Source: Bacteroidales bacterium (lineage in GTDB: Bacteria > Bacteroidota > Bacteroidia > Bacteroidales > WCHB1-69). From it: a stretch of 64,000 bases of DNA. The translations under genes and the position numbers were made by a program. Where the stretch lies: positions 93,720-157,719 of the forward strand of contig JAFYNM010000029.1 in the NCBI GenBank assembly GCA_017549765.1. Reading direction: 5' to 3'. The notes under the pieces are model-generated. The model was not told the origin of the DNA. It ran no database searches and was given only the letters and a program-made list of their open reading frames with translations. Of the stretch, positions 1 through 8,109 are shown piece after piece (the first letter of the stretch is position 1; every line of letters begins with the position of its first letter).

Positions 1-1064
1 GTAGATGTGGTGCTTTGCACACTCTCCCAGGTGGCCCCTTGGTTGGAGCTTAGGAAGACCTCGTAATGGTTCAATCCACCCGTCATGTTGGCATAGGCGT
101 TCCAAGACAGGGAGGCGCTGTGATTGCAGGCATCGATGCCGTTCTGGTACAGTTGCATGTCGCACTGCTGGGCTGTCTCGGCGGTCATGGGAGAGCTGTT
201 GGAGCAGGAGTCCAAGACAGCGATACGGTAACACCGGTCACCGCCGAAGGGATCAATCCAGGTGGTGCTGTTGAAGACGGTGTCCAAAGGTTCCCAGCCA
301 TTGTTGAGATAATAGACGATATAGCCGTACATGTAGGGTTCTTCGGAGTGGAATCCCAACATCACCTGATTGTTTCCGGTGTATGAAACACTGTCCAGCA
401 CGGGGGTGCTGGGCGCATAGCGGTCCACCACGAAAACCGAAGCGATTGGAGTTCTGAAAACGCAACTGTGGGTAGGGCTGTAGTTGTTGGTGATACCTAC
501 CTGGTAGTACATATAGTTGTAGCAGACATCGACGGTGTCCACATAGATACGTTCAGCCGTGGCGGGAATGGTGGCGAAGGGGGTGTTGGTAAAGCCCTCC
601 TCGAAATCACGAATTTTGTACAGGAAGTAGGTGTTGCCCCATGTGGAGCCGGTCATCTGGGTGGAGGGCGCCTCCCATTCCAGCGTGACCAAAGAGCTGT
701 CTGCGTTGGGCGTCACCGTCAAGCTGATGGTCTGAACGACATTGGAGTTGTAGGTGGCGCCACTCGCGGTCACCGCCTCGATATAGCAAGTGTAAGAGCT
801 GGCAGGCGTGATGTCGTTCAGCACGGTGCTGCCGTAGTTGCACATGGTGTAGCCGTTGCCGGGCGTGGCCGATCCCACCATCGTGCCGTTTACGTAGAAG
901 TTGTAGTAGGCAAAAGAAGCACAGTCGTTGGAGTTGTCCCACGACATCTTGACACGCGTGTTGTTATTCTGCAATTCCACACACTGCAATACAGGGGGGT
1001 CTAAGGCGTAACAGCCTAACAGACAGAGTAAAAACAAACAGGTAGAGAATATGCGTTTTGTCAT
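1..1064 (-). CDS. Secreted lipoprotein with Fn3/Ig-like beta-rich region; N-terminal 354 codons only (gene continues past the left window edge)
   Basis: ATG at 1064-1062. Hand translation: MTKRIFSTCLFLLCLLGCYALDPPVLQCVELQNNNTRVKMSWDNSNDCASFAYYNFYVNG... Lipobox LLGC. I walked this frame codon by codon down to nt 3 and found no stop. It is absent from the supplied track because it is edge-truncated. Plus-strand ORFs 5..274, 66..386 and 468..1004 are its antisense shadows. Confidence 0.75.
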   Translation of the reverse strand, partial: MTKRIFSTCLFLLCLLGCYALDPPVLQCVELQNNNTRVKMSWDNSNDCASFAYYNFYVNGTMVGSATPGNGYTMCNYGSTVLNDITPASSYTCYIEAVTASGATYNSNVVQTISLTVTPNADSSLVTLEWEAPSTQMTGSTWGNTYFLYKIRDFEEGFTNTPFATIPATAERIYVDTVDVCYNYMYYQVGITNNYSPTHSCVFRTPIASVFVVDRYAPSTPVLDSVSYTGNNQVMLGFHSEEPYMYGYIVYYLNNGWEPLDTVFNSTTWIDPFGGDRCYRIAVLDSCSNSSPMTAETAQQCDMQLYQNGIDACNHSASLSWNAYANMTGGLNHYEVFLSSNQGATWESVQSTTS

Positions 1065-1083
1065 ACTGAAAAATCTATAGCTC

Positions 1084-2364
1084 TTATAATTTATTACCAA
1101 CGATGATTTGAGTGAAATTATTGTGGTCAAAATAAATTTTTGCCATTTTTTTCAGATCTTCAGGTTGTGTGTCTTGGATGATTCGCAGCATCTCTTGAAG
1201 GATAGAGAGGTCTGTATGTTGATTTCGCCAGAACGCATATTTGGACATGTAGGAGACGGAGTTGCTGAGTTCCTGAATCAACGAGCCGGTCATGTAGGTT
1301 TTGACAGTCTGCAGCTCCTCTTCCGGGACGGGTTCCTGCTGGAGGCGTTCCAACTCTTCAAAACAGGCGTCAATGGCCTCTTGGGTATGGGTGGCGTCCA
1401 CATCGCTCTGGATGCTGAAGATGGATTGATGACCGAAATAAGCCGTGCTGTTGCTGATGCCGTAGGTGTAGCCGTGGCGCTCACGCACCCGTTGCATCAG
1501 ACGGGAACCGAAGTAGCCACCCGTAATGGTGGAAAGCACTTTGAAAGGTGAACGTGCCTCGTCGGCGTAGGCGAGATGAGGCATGGCCAGACAGATGGAA
1601 GACTGTATGCTCCCAGGGACTTCTACATTGAGCAGAGGATTCTGGTCGAATGGCATCTGAAAGAGGACGGGCTCTGGGGTGCGAACCCCATGACATATTG
1701 TCTGGAAGGTCTCACGGATGATTTTTGTAGTCTCTGAATCCAGATGCCCGGTGACATACAGAGAAAGGTTCTCAGCACAGAAATTCTCCTGGTGATAGCG
1801 CTCCAGATCCGAAATAGTGATGGCATGGTAGCTCTCTTCGGTGGCTGGCTGTCCTGCAGCACACTGATCACCCAACATGGCCTGCAACATGAGTCTGGAA
1901 CACAAGAAGTTGTTCTTTTTTAGATTGTTGCGAAGGCTTTGTATGCGCTGCTGGCGTATGAGACTCAGATAATCTTCCCGGTATTTGGGTGCTGACAACA
2001 TCTCGAAGACAATGGGCAGCATGGGCGGAATGTTACGTTTCGGGATGACGATTTTCAGGCATACGGAGTCTAGATAAACGTCCACATCGAAGGTGGATCC
2101 ATAGAAGTCCAGCAGATCTGCCATTTCAGCGGCATGATACTTGGGATGGCTTCCTTTGAGCAGGCCGTATGTGAAGAGAGAAAGATGCTTTTTCGGTTCA
2201 TGGATGGCTCCGGAACGGATGTCGAGCTGGAGGTGGATAAGGTCCAGATCGTCGTTGGGGAAGACAAACATGGGGATGCCGTTCTTCAAGGTTTCAAGGA
2301 TGGGCTCTTTGAGTGGAACGGAGAGGAGGGGGTGTATTTCAGGGGCGATACTTCTGTCGATCAT
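1084..2364 (-). CDS. M16 (insulinase/pitrilysin) family protein, probably a non-catalytic subunit
   Basis: 426-aa ORF with ATG start. The M16 C-terminal-type motif is present (GGYFGSRLMQRVRERHGYTYGISN). Where active M16 enzymes carry HxxEH (HFLEHMxFKG), this protein reads SLFTYGLLKGS, so the zinc motif is absent. Confidence 0.7.
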   Translation of the reverse strand: MIDRSIAPEIHPLLSVPLKEPILETLKNGIPMFVFPNDDLDLIHLQLDIRSGAIHEPKKHLSLFTYGLLKGSHPKYHAAEMADLLDFYGSTFDVDVYLDSVCLKIVIPKRNIPPMLPIVFEMLSAPKYREDYLSLIRQQRIQSLRNNLKKNNFLCSRLMLQAMLGDQCAAGQPATEESYHAITISDLERYHQENFCAENLSLYVTGHLDSETTKIIRETFQTICHGVRTPEPVLFQMPFDQNPLLNVEVPGSIQSSICLAMPHLAYADEARSPFKVLSTITGGYFGSRLMQRVRERHGYTYGISNSTAYFGHQSIFSIQSDVDATHTQEAIDACFEELERLQQEPVPEEELQTVKTYMTGSLIQELSNSVSYMSKYAFWRNQHTDLSILQEMLRIIQDTQPEDLKKMAKIYFDHNNFTQIIVGNKL

Positions 2365-2370
2365 GAGGAG

Positions 2371-3225
2371 CTATTTAAGAAGGACCACTTGTCCTTTTAG
2401 AGTCTTGGCATTGCCGTCAGGGTCGGTGTAGCGGATGACGTAGATATACGCGCCCGGGGGCAACAACGTGCCGTGGTTGTAGCCATCCCATCCCTGTTCG
2501 ATGTTGTGGGACGTGAAGACCCGGGAACCGTTGCGGGCGAAGATGCTGATCTCATAGTCTTGCACCGTAAAGCTGGCTTTCGGCATGAAGATGTCGTTGT
2601 TGCCATTGCCATCGGGAGTGAAGGAGTTGGGGACGAAGAGTTTGTATTCCTCCACGGAAGGCTCTTCGCTTTGTGCCGGCTCGCTTTTCGGCTCGGGAGT
2701 TGTTGCGATAGCATCAGCAGCGCTGGTGGTGGGGTGGATGGCGGGTGGGGTGGTGCTCGGGGTGACAGCGGTCACTGCCGGCGTCACGATGGCAGGTGCC
2801 ACAGTGGCTGTGGGCGCACTCTTCGTCCCTACCACTGGAGCAGCGGCCGTGGTGGCTACTAGGTCTCCGTCACTGGCTTGGATGATGGGCTCGGATTCTA
2901 GAGGACGTGTGTCTGTGACGACAGGAGCAGCTGGCAAAGAGACGGTACTCTCTGGTGCCGTGGTGGGTGTCTCGGATTGGACGACAGACTCCGTGACAAC
3001 GGCTGCAGGTGCGGCATCGGCAGGGGCCTCTTGGGGACGGCTCAACAAAATGCCACCAACAATCAGCGCTGCTGCCACAAGGCCTGCACCGCTATATGCG
3101 GCAATACGCCCGATACGACGCCCTCTGTTGAAACGGACAAGTCGCGGGTCTGATGCTATCTGCGACCATTCAGACTCGTCCACCGGGACAGTGTATTCCG
3201 ATAATGCTGTCTTTATATCTTTCAT
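2371..3225 (-). CDS. Single-pass membrane protein in anti-sigma position, ending in a T9SS type-B (CHU_C / gliding-motility C-terminal) domain
   Basis: The ATG (3225-3223) overlaps the sigma stop TGA (3224-3222) as ATGA. About 40 aa at the N-terminus have no signal-peptide character. One hydrophobic span follows (IAAYSGAGLVAAALIVGGILL), then about 150 aa of P/A/T/V-rich linker. The last ~85 aa (KLFVPNSFTPDGNGNNDIFMP...GWDGYNHGTLLPPGAYIYVIRYTDPDGNAKTLKGQVVLLK) match the CHU_C/TIGR04131 signature by eye. Confidence 0.7.
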   Translation of the reverse strand: MKDIKTALSEYTVPVDESEWSQIASDPRLVRFNRGRRIGRIAAYSGAGLVAAALIVGGILLSRPQEAPADAAPAAVVTESVVQSETPTTAPESTVSLPAAPVVTDTRPLESEPIIQASDGDLVATTAAAPVVGTKSAPTATVAPAIVTPAVTAVTPSTTPPAIHPTTSAADAIATTPEPKSEPAQSEEPSVEEYKLFVPNSFTPDGNGNNDIFMPKASFTVQDYEISIFARNGSRVFTSHNIEQGWDGYNHGTLLPPGAYIYVIRYTDPDGNAKTLKGQVVLLK

Positions 3226-3776
3226 AATATATCTATTTCTTTTCCTAAATAGGCTGTTATTCTCTTTCTTAAAGATTGTTTCGAACGCGATATCAAAGTG
3301 CGGACGTTGGTGGGCGTCATCCCCATGATCTCTACAATCTCCTGCTCCGTATATCCTTCCACTTCGTAGAGGTTGAAGGCCAGCTTCTGGTTGACAGGCA
3401 AGGTGTTGATGATCTGGACCAACTGATCCATCGTCAGCGTGTCATCATGATGCTCAGGCGCGGCAAATTCCACCAGACTGTCATCCGAAGATTCAGTACG
3501 GTGAATTTGCTTCAGGCGAAGGAAATCAATGCACTTGTTGACGGATATCTTGTATATCCAGGAACGGAGTGAGTTGTGGGATTGGTAGGAGTTTACTTTG
3601 GTCAGAACCGAAATGACAATGTCATGGAACAGATCTTTGGACTCCTCCGTCTCATAACCCACATAACGATAGCAAACTGCCTTGATCATAGGACCATAAG
3701 CCTTGTACAATTGTTCCTGGCAGGCCTGATCACCTCGTTTGCATCCGTTTATGATTTCCTTCTCTCCGTTCGTCAT
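3222..3776 (-). CDS. ECF-type RNA polymerase sigma-70 factor
   Basis: 184 aa with ATG at 3776. Region-2-like segment: DLFHDIVISVLTKVNSY...LRSWIYKISVNKCIDFLR. Region-4 HTH: YTEQEIVEIMGMTPTNVRTLISRSKQSLRK. Confidence 0.9.
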   Translation of the reverse strand: MTNGEKEIINGCKRGDQACQEQLYKAYGPMIKAVCYRYVGYETEESKDLFHDIVISVLTKVNSYQSHNSLRSWIYKISVNKCIDFLRLKQIHRTESSDDSLVEFAAPEHHDDTLTMDQLVQIINTLPVNQKLAFNLYEVEGYTEQEIVEIMGMTPTNVRTLISRSKQSLRKRITAYLGKEIDIL

Positions 3777-3798
3777 CGCTTATGATAACACTATTGTA

Positions 3799-3824
3799 AG
3801 ACGAATTACGCCTCTTTTTGTTGC
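3799..3824 (-). promoter_or_regulatory. Candidate ECF-type (autoregulatory) promoter TGCAAC-N16-CGTCT
   Basis: The minus strand reads TGCAAC aaaaagaggcgtaatt CGTCT. The -35-like AAC is at 3822-3820 and the -10-like CGTCT at 3803-3799, with a 16-nt spacer. It ends 22 nt upstream of the sigma ATG (3776). It resembles the AAC...CGT(C/A) class of ECF promoters. There is no TAnnTTTG box here. Confidence 0.4.
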
Positions 3825-3868
3825 AGTGATTGATAATTTTTTTTTCTTTGCACTTTGATTGTGTCTGT

Positions 3869-4450
3869 ATGAACAAGCTGCAAAAATCGTATTTTTTACA
3901 AAAAGATGTCGTCTCCTTGGCAAAAGATTTGTTGGGGAAATACATCTTTACGCTCATTGATGGACAGCTTGCTGGTGGAATTATCTCTGAAACAGAGGCT
4001 TATGTGGCGGAGATCGACAAGGCGTCCCATGCCTATCATCATAGGAAAACGAAACGCAATGAGATGATGTATCACGAAGGTGGGGTCATCTATATGTATC
4101 TTTGCTATGGGATGCACCACATGCTGAATATCGTCACCAATGAGGAGGAAGTGGCCGATGCCATCCTTATTCGGGGAATTATCCCGACACATGGTGAGGA
4201 ACTGATGCTCCGACGGACAGGCAAGGCGCGGATATCTCCTTCCATTACCAGCGGTCCCGGTAAGGTAAGCAAAGCCTTGGGCCTGACGATTGCCGATAAT
4301 GGTTTTTCATTGGAGTCGGAAAGGGTCTGGATTGAGGACCGTGGAATGCTGGTTCCCGAAGATCATATTATGACAACCCCGCGTATTGGGGTTGACTATG
4401 CTGGTGAGGATGCTTTGTTGCCCTATCGCTTTGTGCTGAAAACTTGTTAG
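3869..4450 (+). CDS. mpg: DNA-3-methyladenine glycosylase (AAG/Mpg family)
   Basis: The track ORF starts at TTG 3830; the first ATG is 3869 (MNKLQKSYFLQKDVVSLAKDLLGKYIF). Family-typical strings: ETEAYVAEIDKASHAY, MYLCYGMHHMLNIV, GPGKVSKALGL. Confidence 0.85.
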   Translation: MNKLQKSYFLQKDVVSLAKDLLGKYIFTLIDGQLAGGIISETEAYVAEIDKASHAYHHRKTKRNEMMYHEGGVIYMYLCYGMHHMLNIVTNEEEVADAILIRGIIPTHGEELMLRRTGKARISPSITSGPGKVSKALGLTIADNGFSLESERVWIEDRGMLVPEDHIMTTPRIGVDYAGEDALLPYRFVLKTC

Positions 4451-4908
4451 ATGTCGAGACCAGGAGCACTGTTTTTCACAGAGTCGGTTCCAGCCGTGTC
4501 TTTGGGAAGATTGTTGGGATGCAGGATGCTCTCCAAAGGTCTGTAAATGAGAGAGTCAGGTATGTTGGAGTTCGTTTTTAGCTGGGTGATGTTATTGGTG
4601 ACCTCTTCCAACATTTTTTGTAACAACTCTTTGTCGCTGATATAATACTCCATGGATTGGATGAACTGATCTTTGGTGATCTGATGGCGGTCGAAGATGT
4701 CCTTGTAAAGCTTCAAGGTCAGGTCTTCGATGGATACAGAATCCATGGAGGCATAGATGTAGGCTTCTGCAAGATAGGAATCTGTCAGGATCTCGACCAT
4801 TTTTTTGCGGTTGATCAGATTGTCGGGTTTGTCGGCTACGACCTGCTTTTTATGACAGGCGGTGCAGAGTGTCAACAGAGCTATGAGGATGGTGGCAAGA
4901 CGTTTCAT
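4447..4908 (-). CDS. DUF4296-like lipoprotein
   Basis: 153 aa. Lipoprotein signal MKRLATILIALLTLCTAC. KPDNLINRKKMVEILTDSYLAEAY fits the DUF4296 pattern as I remember it. Its 3' end overlaps mpg by 4 nt (convergent). Confidence 0.65.
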   Translation of the reverse strand: MKRLATILIALLTLCTACHKKQVVADKPDNLINRKKMVEILTDSYLAEAYIYASMDSVSIEDLTLKLYKDIFDRHQITKDQFIQSMEYYISDKELLQKMLEEVTNNITQLKTNSNIPDSLIYRPLESILHPNNLPKDTAGTDSVKNSAPGLDI

Positions 4909-4914
4909 GATGGG

Positions 4915-6342
4915 CTATAGGTTAAGGTTCTCAATGGGGGTGAAGCCGAGTTTGGCACCTTCTTCCAACATTTTGGCGATGGCGGCCTCTCGGGTGTTGT
5001 CGATTTCGCAGTCGAGAATGGCGTTGCTGACGGCGTCCTTGATGGTGCCGATCTCGCGGCATGGCTTGAGGTCGAAAGCAGCCATGATATCCTCTCCGGT
5101 GATGGGCGGGCGCCAGTTGCGCATCCGGTCTTTCTCCTCGATGTCGATGAGTTTCTCGCGCACTTTGGCGAAGTTCTGGAAGCAACGGTGGATCTTGGAG
5201 GAGTTTTTGGAGGTGACATCCGCCTCGCAGAGACGCATCAGGTCGTCGATGTCGTCGCCGGCCTCAAACAGCAGACGGCGCACGGCGGAGTCGGTGATGG
5301 TGTCCTCTACCAAGGCGATAGGGCGCAGGTGCAGTGCCACCAGCTTCTGCACATACTTCATCTTTTCATTATTGGGCATGTGCAGGCGATGGAAAATGCG
5401 GCTGACCATCTTGGCGCCGACCACCTCATGACCATGGAAAGTCCAGCCTATCTGCGGGTCGAAGCGCTTGGTGACGGGCTTGGCGATATCATGCAGGAGC
5501 GCAGCCCAGACGAGCCACAAGTTGGTGGACGACATGGCCACATTGTCCACCACTTCCATAGTATGCAGGAAGTTGTCCTTGTGACCTTTCCCATTGACCA
5601 CTTCCATGCCTTTGAGGGCGAGCAGCTCGGGGAGGAATTTCGCCAGCAGGCCGCTTTCGTCCAGCATCTTGATGCCTCTTGACGGTCGGATGCAGAGCAA
5701 TATCTTGTTGAACTCTTCCATGATGCGCTCTTTGGAGATGATGTCAAGTCGGTCGGCATTGCGCTGGATGGACGCGAAGGTCTCCGGGAAGATGTCGAAG
5801 TTGAGCTGTGTGGCGAAGCGCACGGCGCGCATCATACGCAAAGGATCGTCGGAGAAGGTCTTGTCCGGGTCGCAAGGTGTGCGGATGATCTTCCCTTTGA
5901 TGTCCTCGAGACCGTTGAAGGGGTCCACGAGTTCGTAGCGGTTGGGACCGTTGAGGGCTATGGCCATGGCATTGATGGTGAAGTCGCGGCGCAACTGGTC
6001 GTCCTCCAGTGTCCCGTCCTCCACGATAGGCTTGCGGGAGTCTTGCCGATAGGACTCCTTGCGGGCACCGACGAACTCGATGTCGTAGTCGTGATATCGG
6101 AACTGGGCAGTGCCGAAGTTCTTGAAGACGTTGACGTGCAGGTCTGGGGAGATGAGTGCGGCCGTGGCGGTGGCCAAGGCGATGCCGCTGCCGACAGTCA
6201 CAATGTCGATGTCGGTGTTGTGGCGGCGCATGATGATGTCGCGCACGACACCGCCGACGGCATAAGCCTCCAAGCCCAAAGACTCAGCGGCTTTGGCTAT
6301 GTAAGGATAGACGGGATGCGTGAGATATTGCTGGTAGTTCAT
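4915..6342 (-). CDS. cca: tRNA nucleotidyltransferase (CCA-adding / poly(A) polymerase head domain) with HD domain
   Basis: 475 aa. N-terminal GGVVRD...DIDIV nucleotidyltransferase motif. HD-domain string ALLHDIAKP. Confidence 0.8.
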   Translation of the reverse strand: MNYQQYLTHPVYPYIAKAAESLGLEAYAVGGVVRDIIMRRHNTDIDIVTVGSGIALATATAALISPDLHVNVFKNFGTAQFRYHDYDIEFVGARKESYRQDSRKPIVEDGTLEDDQLRRDFTINAMAIALNGPNRYELVDPFNGLEDIKGKIIRTPCDPDKTFSDDPLRMMRAVRFATQLNFDIFPETFASIQRNADRLDIISKERIMEEFNKILLCIRPSRGIKMLDESGLLAKFLPELLALKGMEVVNGKGHKDNFLHTMEVVDNVAMSSTNLWLVWAALLHDIAKPVTKRFDPQIGWTFHGHEVVGAKMVSRIFHRLHMPNNEKMKYVQKLVALHLRPIALVEDTITDSAVRRLLFEAGDDIDDLMRLCEADVTSKNSSKIHRCFQNFAKVREKLIDIEEKDRMRNWRPPITGEDIMAAFDLKPCREIGTIKDAVSNAILDCEIDNTREAAIAKMLEEGAKLGFTPIENLNL

Positions 6343-6345
6343 CTT

Positions 6346-8025
6346 CTATTTGCGATATTGTCCTATTAAAACTCCGGAGACGTTCCATGCGCTGAAACTG
6401 CCTCCCTCGGGCTCTCCCTGCGGGATGGCGATCGTCATGGTGTGCGTGCCGGGCTTCAGTCCTGTGAGGTTGATATGCACGGGTTGCGTGGCTGTGCCGG
6501 GGCACCAGCCGGAACGCGAATAGTCGGAGGAGGACATGCCATTCCAGAAGTTGCCGGAGGCAGGATTGGAGGTGCGGTAGGTGCCGCAATCCTCGCGCCA
6601 TGGCGTGAAGCTGTAATAACGCTTCCCATCAATCAGGATGGTGTTCTCCTTGGGCACGAACTCGTCGCCGGTGTCCCAGCCTCCATGACCTGTGGTGATA
6701 TAACGCAACTCCAGATGCTCCACATGTTCAGGCACGGTGAAGGTGACCGTCAGACTGTCGGTACGGAAGAAACGGCTGTAGTTCTGTCCCGCCATCTCCA
6801 TCACATTGCAGGTGTTGAAGAGCGGCTCTACAAAATAGGCCTTCTCGTTGTCAAACTCCCACGTGTCTCCTTCCGGGTAAGCTTTCAAAGTCAATGACAA
6901 CTTGTGGCCGCCACCATCGTAGTTGCCGATGAAGGCACCGATATAGACATCCCCGTCCAATATTGGCAATAGGTCGCTGATGTCCTGTTTGTAATAGACT
7001 TCGTTGGCCCATTCCCTGTCGCCCAAAGAGCGGTATTGGTTAAAGTGGCGCACTCCGAAGGGGGTGAAGAAACGGACCAGCTCGACCACGGGATCGTAAT
7101 CGCCCGTCCGGACCATTCCCTGGTAAACGCTGCCATCTTTGTCGGTGAAGTAGGGGAGCACGCCCACGCTGTCTCTCAAGGCCTGCAACAGAGACTGGCT
7201 CTTGCTGGCCGGGATGATGAAAATGGAGCCGGTTCGGTCGTAGGCGTCTCCGTTGGAATATTCAGTGACTTCGGCGAAGACCTTATAGTGTTCCGGCAAG
7301 CGGTCCATCTTGACACGCTTCACAATCAAGGTGCCGTTGGCGCACCGGATCACGCTGTCATAAGGGAAGATGGTGGGCTTGGGCAACTTGGGGTTGAAGC
7401 AGATCTGCGCTTCCTCGAAGATGGGGTGTGTGATGACCTTGCGATCAATCTCCATTTTGCGGAGCACGGAGCCGCTCACACGCTCTCCCTGCTTGCCATT
7501 CAGCGGACCAATATGCTTGTCTTTCTTGATGGAAACCAGACGCAGAATGGCATTGCCGTTGCGACGATATTGCACCAAGACGCCGGGCAGATCGACAAAG
7601 TTGGTCGATGGGGTGGCCCGGAATTTCAAGTCCTGGGTTACCCATAATTCTATCTTGTTTGAGAACAGGGTGATGGTGTATTTGTCGCAGAGGTATCCCT
7701 GGACTTTTTCGGTGCCCTCTTTCGCGTAGTTGGAGGCGCCGTCCAGGGTGAAGACGGAATAGTAACTGCCATCAGGATATTGAAGTCGGGAGACGATGGA
7801 GTCTTCATCATAATAGACGTAGGTGTATGATTTGGCGATGCCGGGGATGGGATGTGCGGGGGGCGCGTCCGCGGAGTGGATCATCAGCTGGTCGCCCAGT
7901 CGAACCACCTCAGTGTGAGAGGTGTCTTGGCCTCCCACGGAGAAAGATTCATACAACAGTCTGTGCTGGGCATGACAGGTGATGAAGAGTGAGAACGCTA
8001 CGGCCAATAGGATGAATCTTTTCAT
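6346..8025 (-). CDS. Secreted PNGase F-like (peptide-N-glycosidase F family) protein
   Basis: The track ORF starts at TTG 8055; the first ATG at 8025 gives signal peptide MKRFILLAVAFSLFITCHA. The C-terminal region (RYITTGHGGWDTGDEF ... GWCPGTATQPVHINLTGLKPGTHTMTIAIP) resembles the PNGase F beta-sandwich domain. The family call rests on memory only. Confidence 0.55.
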   Translation of the reverse strand: MKRFILLAVAFSLFITCHAQHRLLYESFSVGGQDTSHTEVVRLGDQLMIHSADAPPAHPIPGIAKSYTYVYYDEDSIVSRLQYPDGSYYSVFTLDGASNYAKEGTEKVQGYLCDKYTITLFSNKIELWVTQDLKFRATPSTNFVDLPGVLVQYRRNGNAILRLVSIKKDKHIGPLNGKQGERVSGSVLRKMEIDRKVITHPIFEEAQICFNPKLPKPTIFPYDSVIRCANGTLIVKRVKMDRLPEHYKVFAEVTEYSNGDAYDRTGSIFIIPASKSQSLLQALRDSVGVLPYFTDKDGSVYQGMVRTGDYDPVVELVRFFTPFGVRHFNQYRSLGDREWANEVYYKQDISDLLPILDGDVYIGAFIGNYDGGGHKLSLTLKAYPEGDTWEFDNEKAYFVEPLFNTCNVMEMAGQNYSRFFRTDSLTVTFTVPEHVEHLELRYITTGHGGWDTGDEFVPKENTILIDGKRYYSFTPWREDCGTYRTSNPASGNFWNGMSSSDYSRSGWCPGTATQPVHINLTGLKPGTHTMTIAIPQGEPEGGSFSAWNVSGVLIGQYRK

Positions 8026-8052
8026 GCGTGGTGCTTTTTTATTATCAGGCTG

Positions 8053-8060
8053 CAAAAATA
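8053..8060 (-). promoter_or_regulatory. -7 box TATTTTTG (Bacteroidota sigma-A consensus TAnnTTTG)
   Basis: The reverse complement of caaaaata is an exact consensus match, 27 nt upstream of ATG 8025. Confidence 0.5.
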
Positions 8061-8092
8061 CGCATTTTTATCTGAAGATGCCTTGTTTTTAT

Positions 8093-8100
8093 TATTTTTG
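8093..8100 (+). promoter_or_regulatory. -7 box TATTTTTG
   Basis: Exact consensus match only 9 nt upstream of ATG 8110. This implies either a nearly leaderless mRNA or use of the next Met at 8140. Confidence 0.45.
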
Positions 8101-8109
8101 CCTGCTCAA

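Noticed and set aside
5-1004. Plus-strand ORFs 5..274, 66..386 and 468..1004 at the left edge
   Set aside because: They are Arg/Gly/His-rich low-complexity translations lying antisense to an uninterrupted minus-strand frame (1064 to the window edge). That frame has a proper ATG, a lipoprotein signal and protein-like composition.
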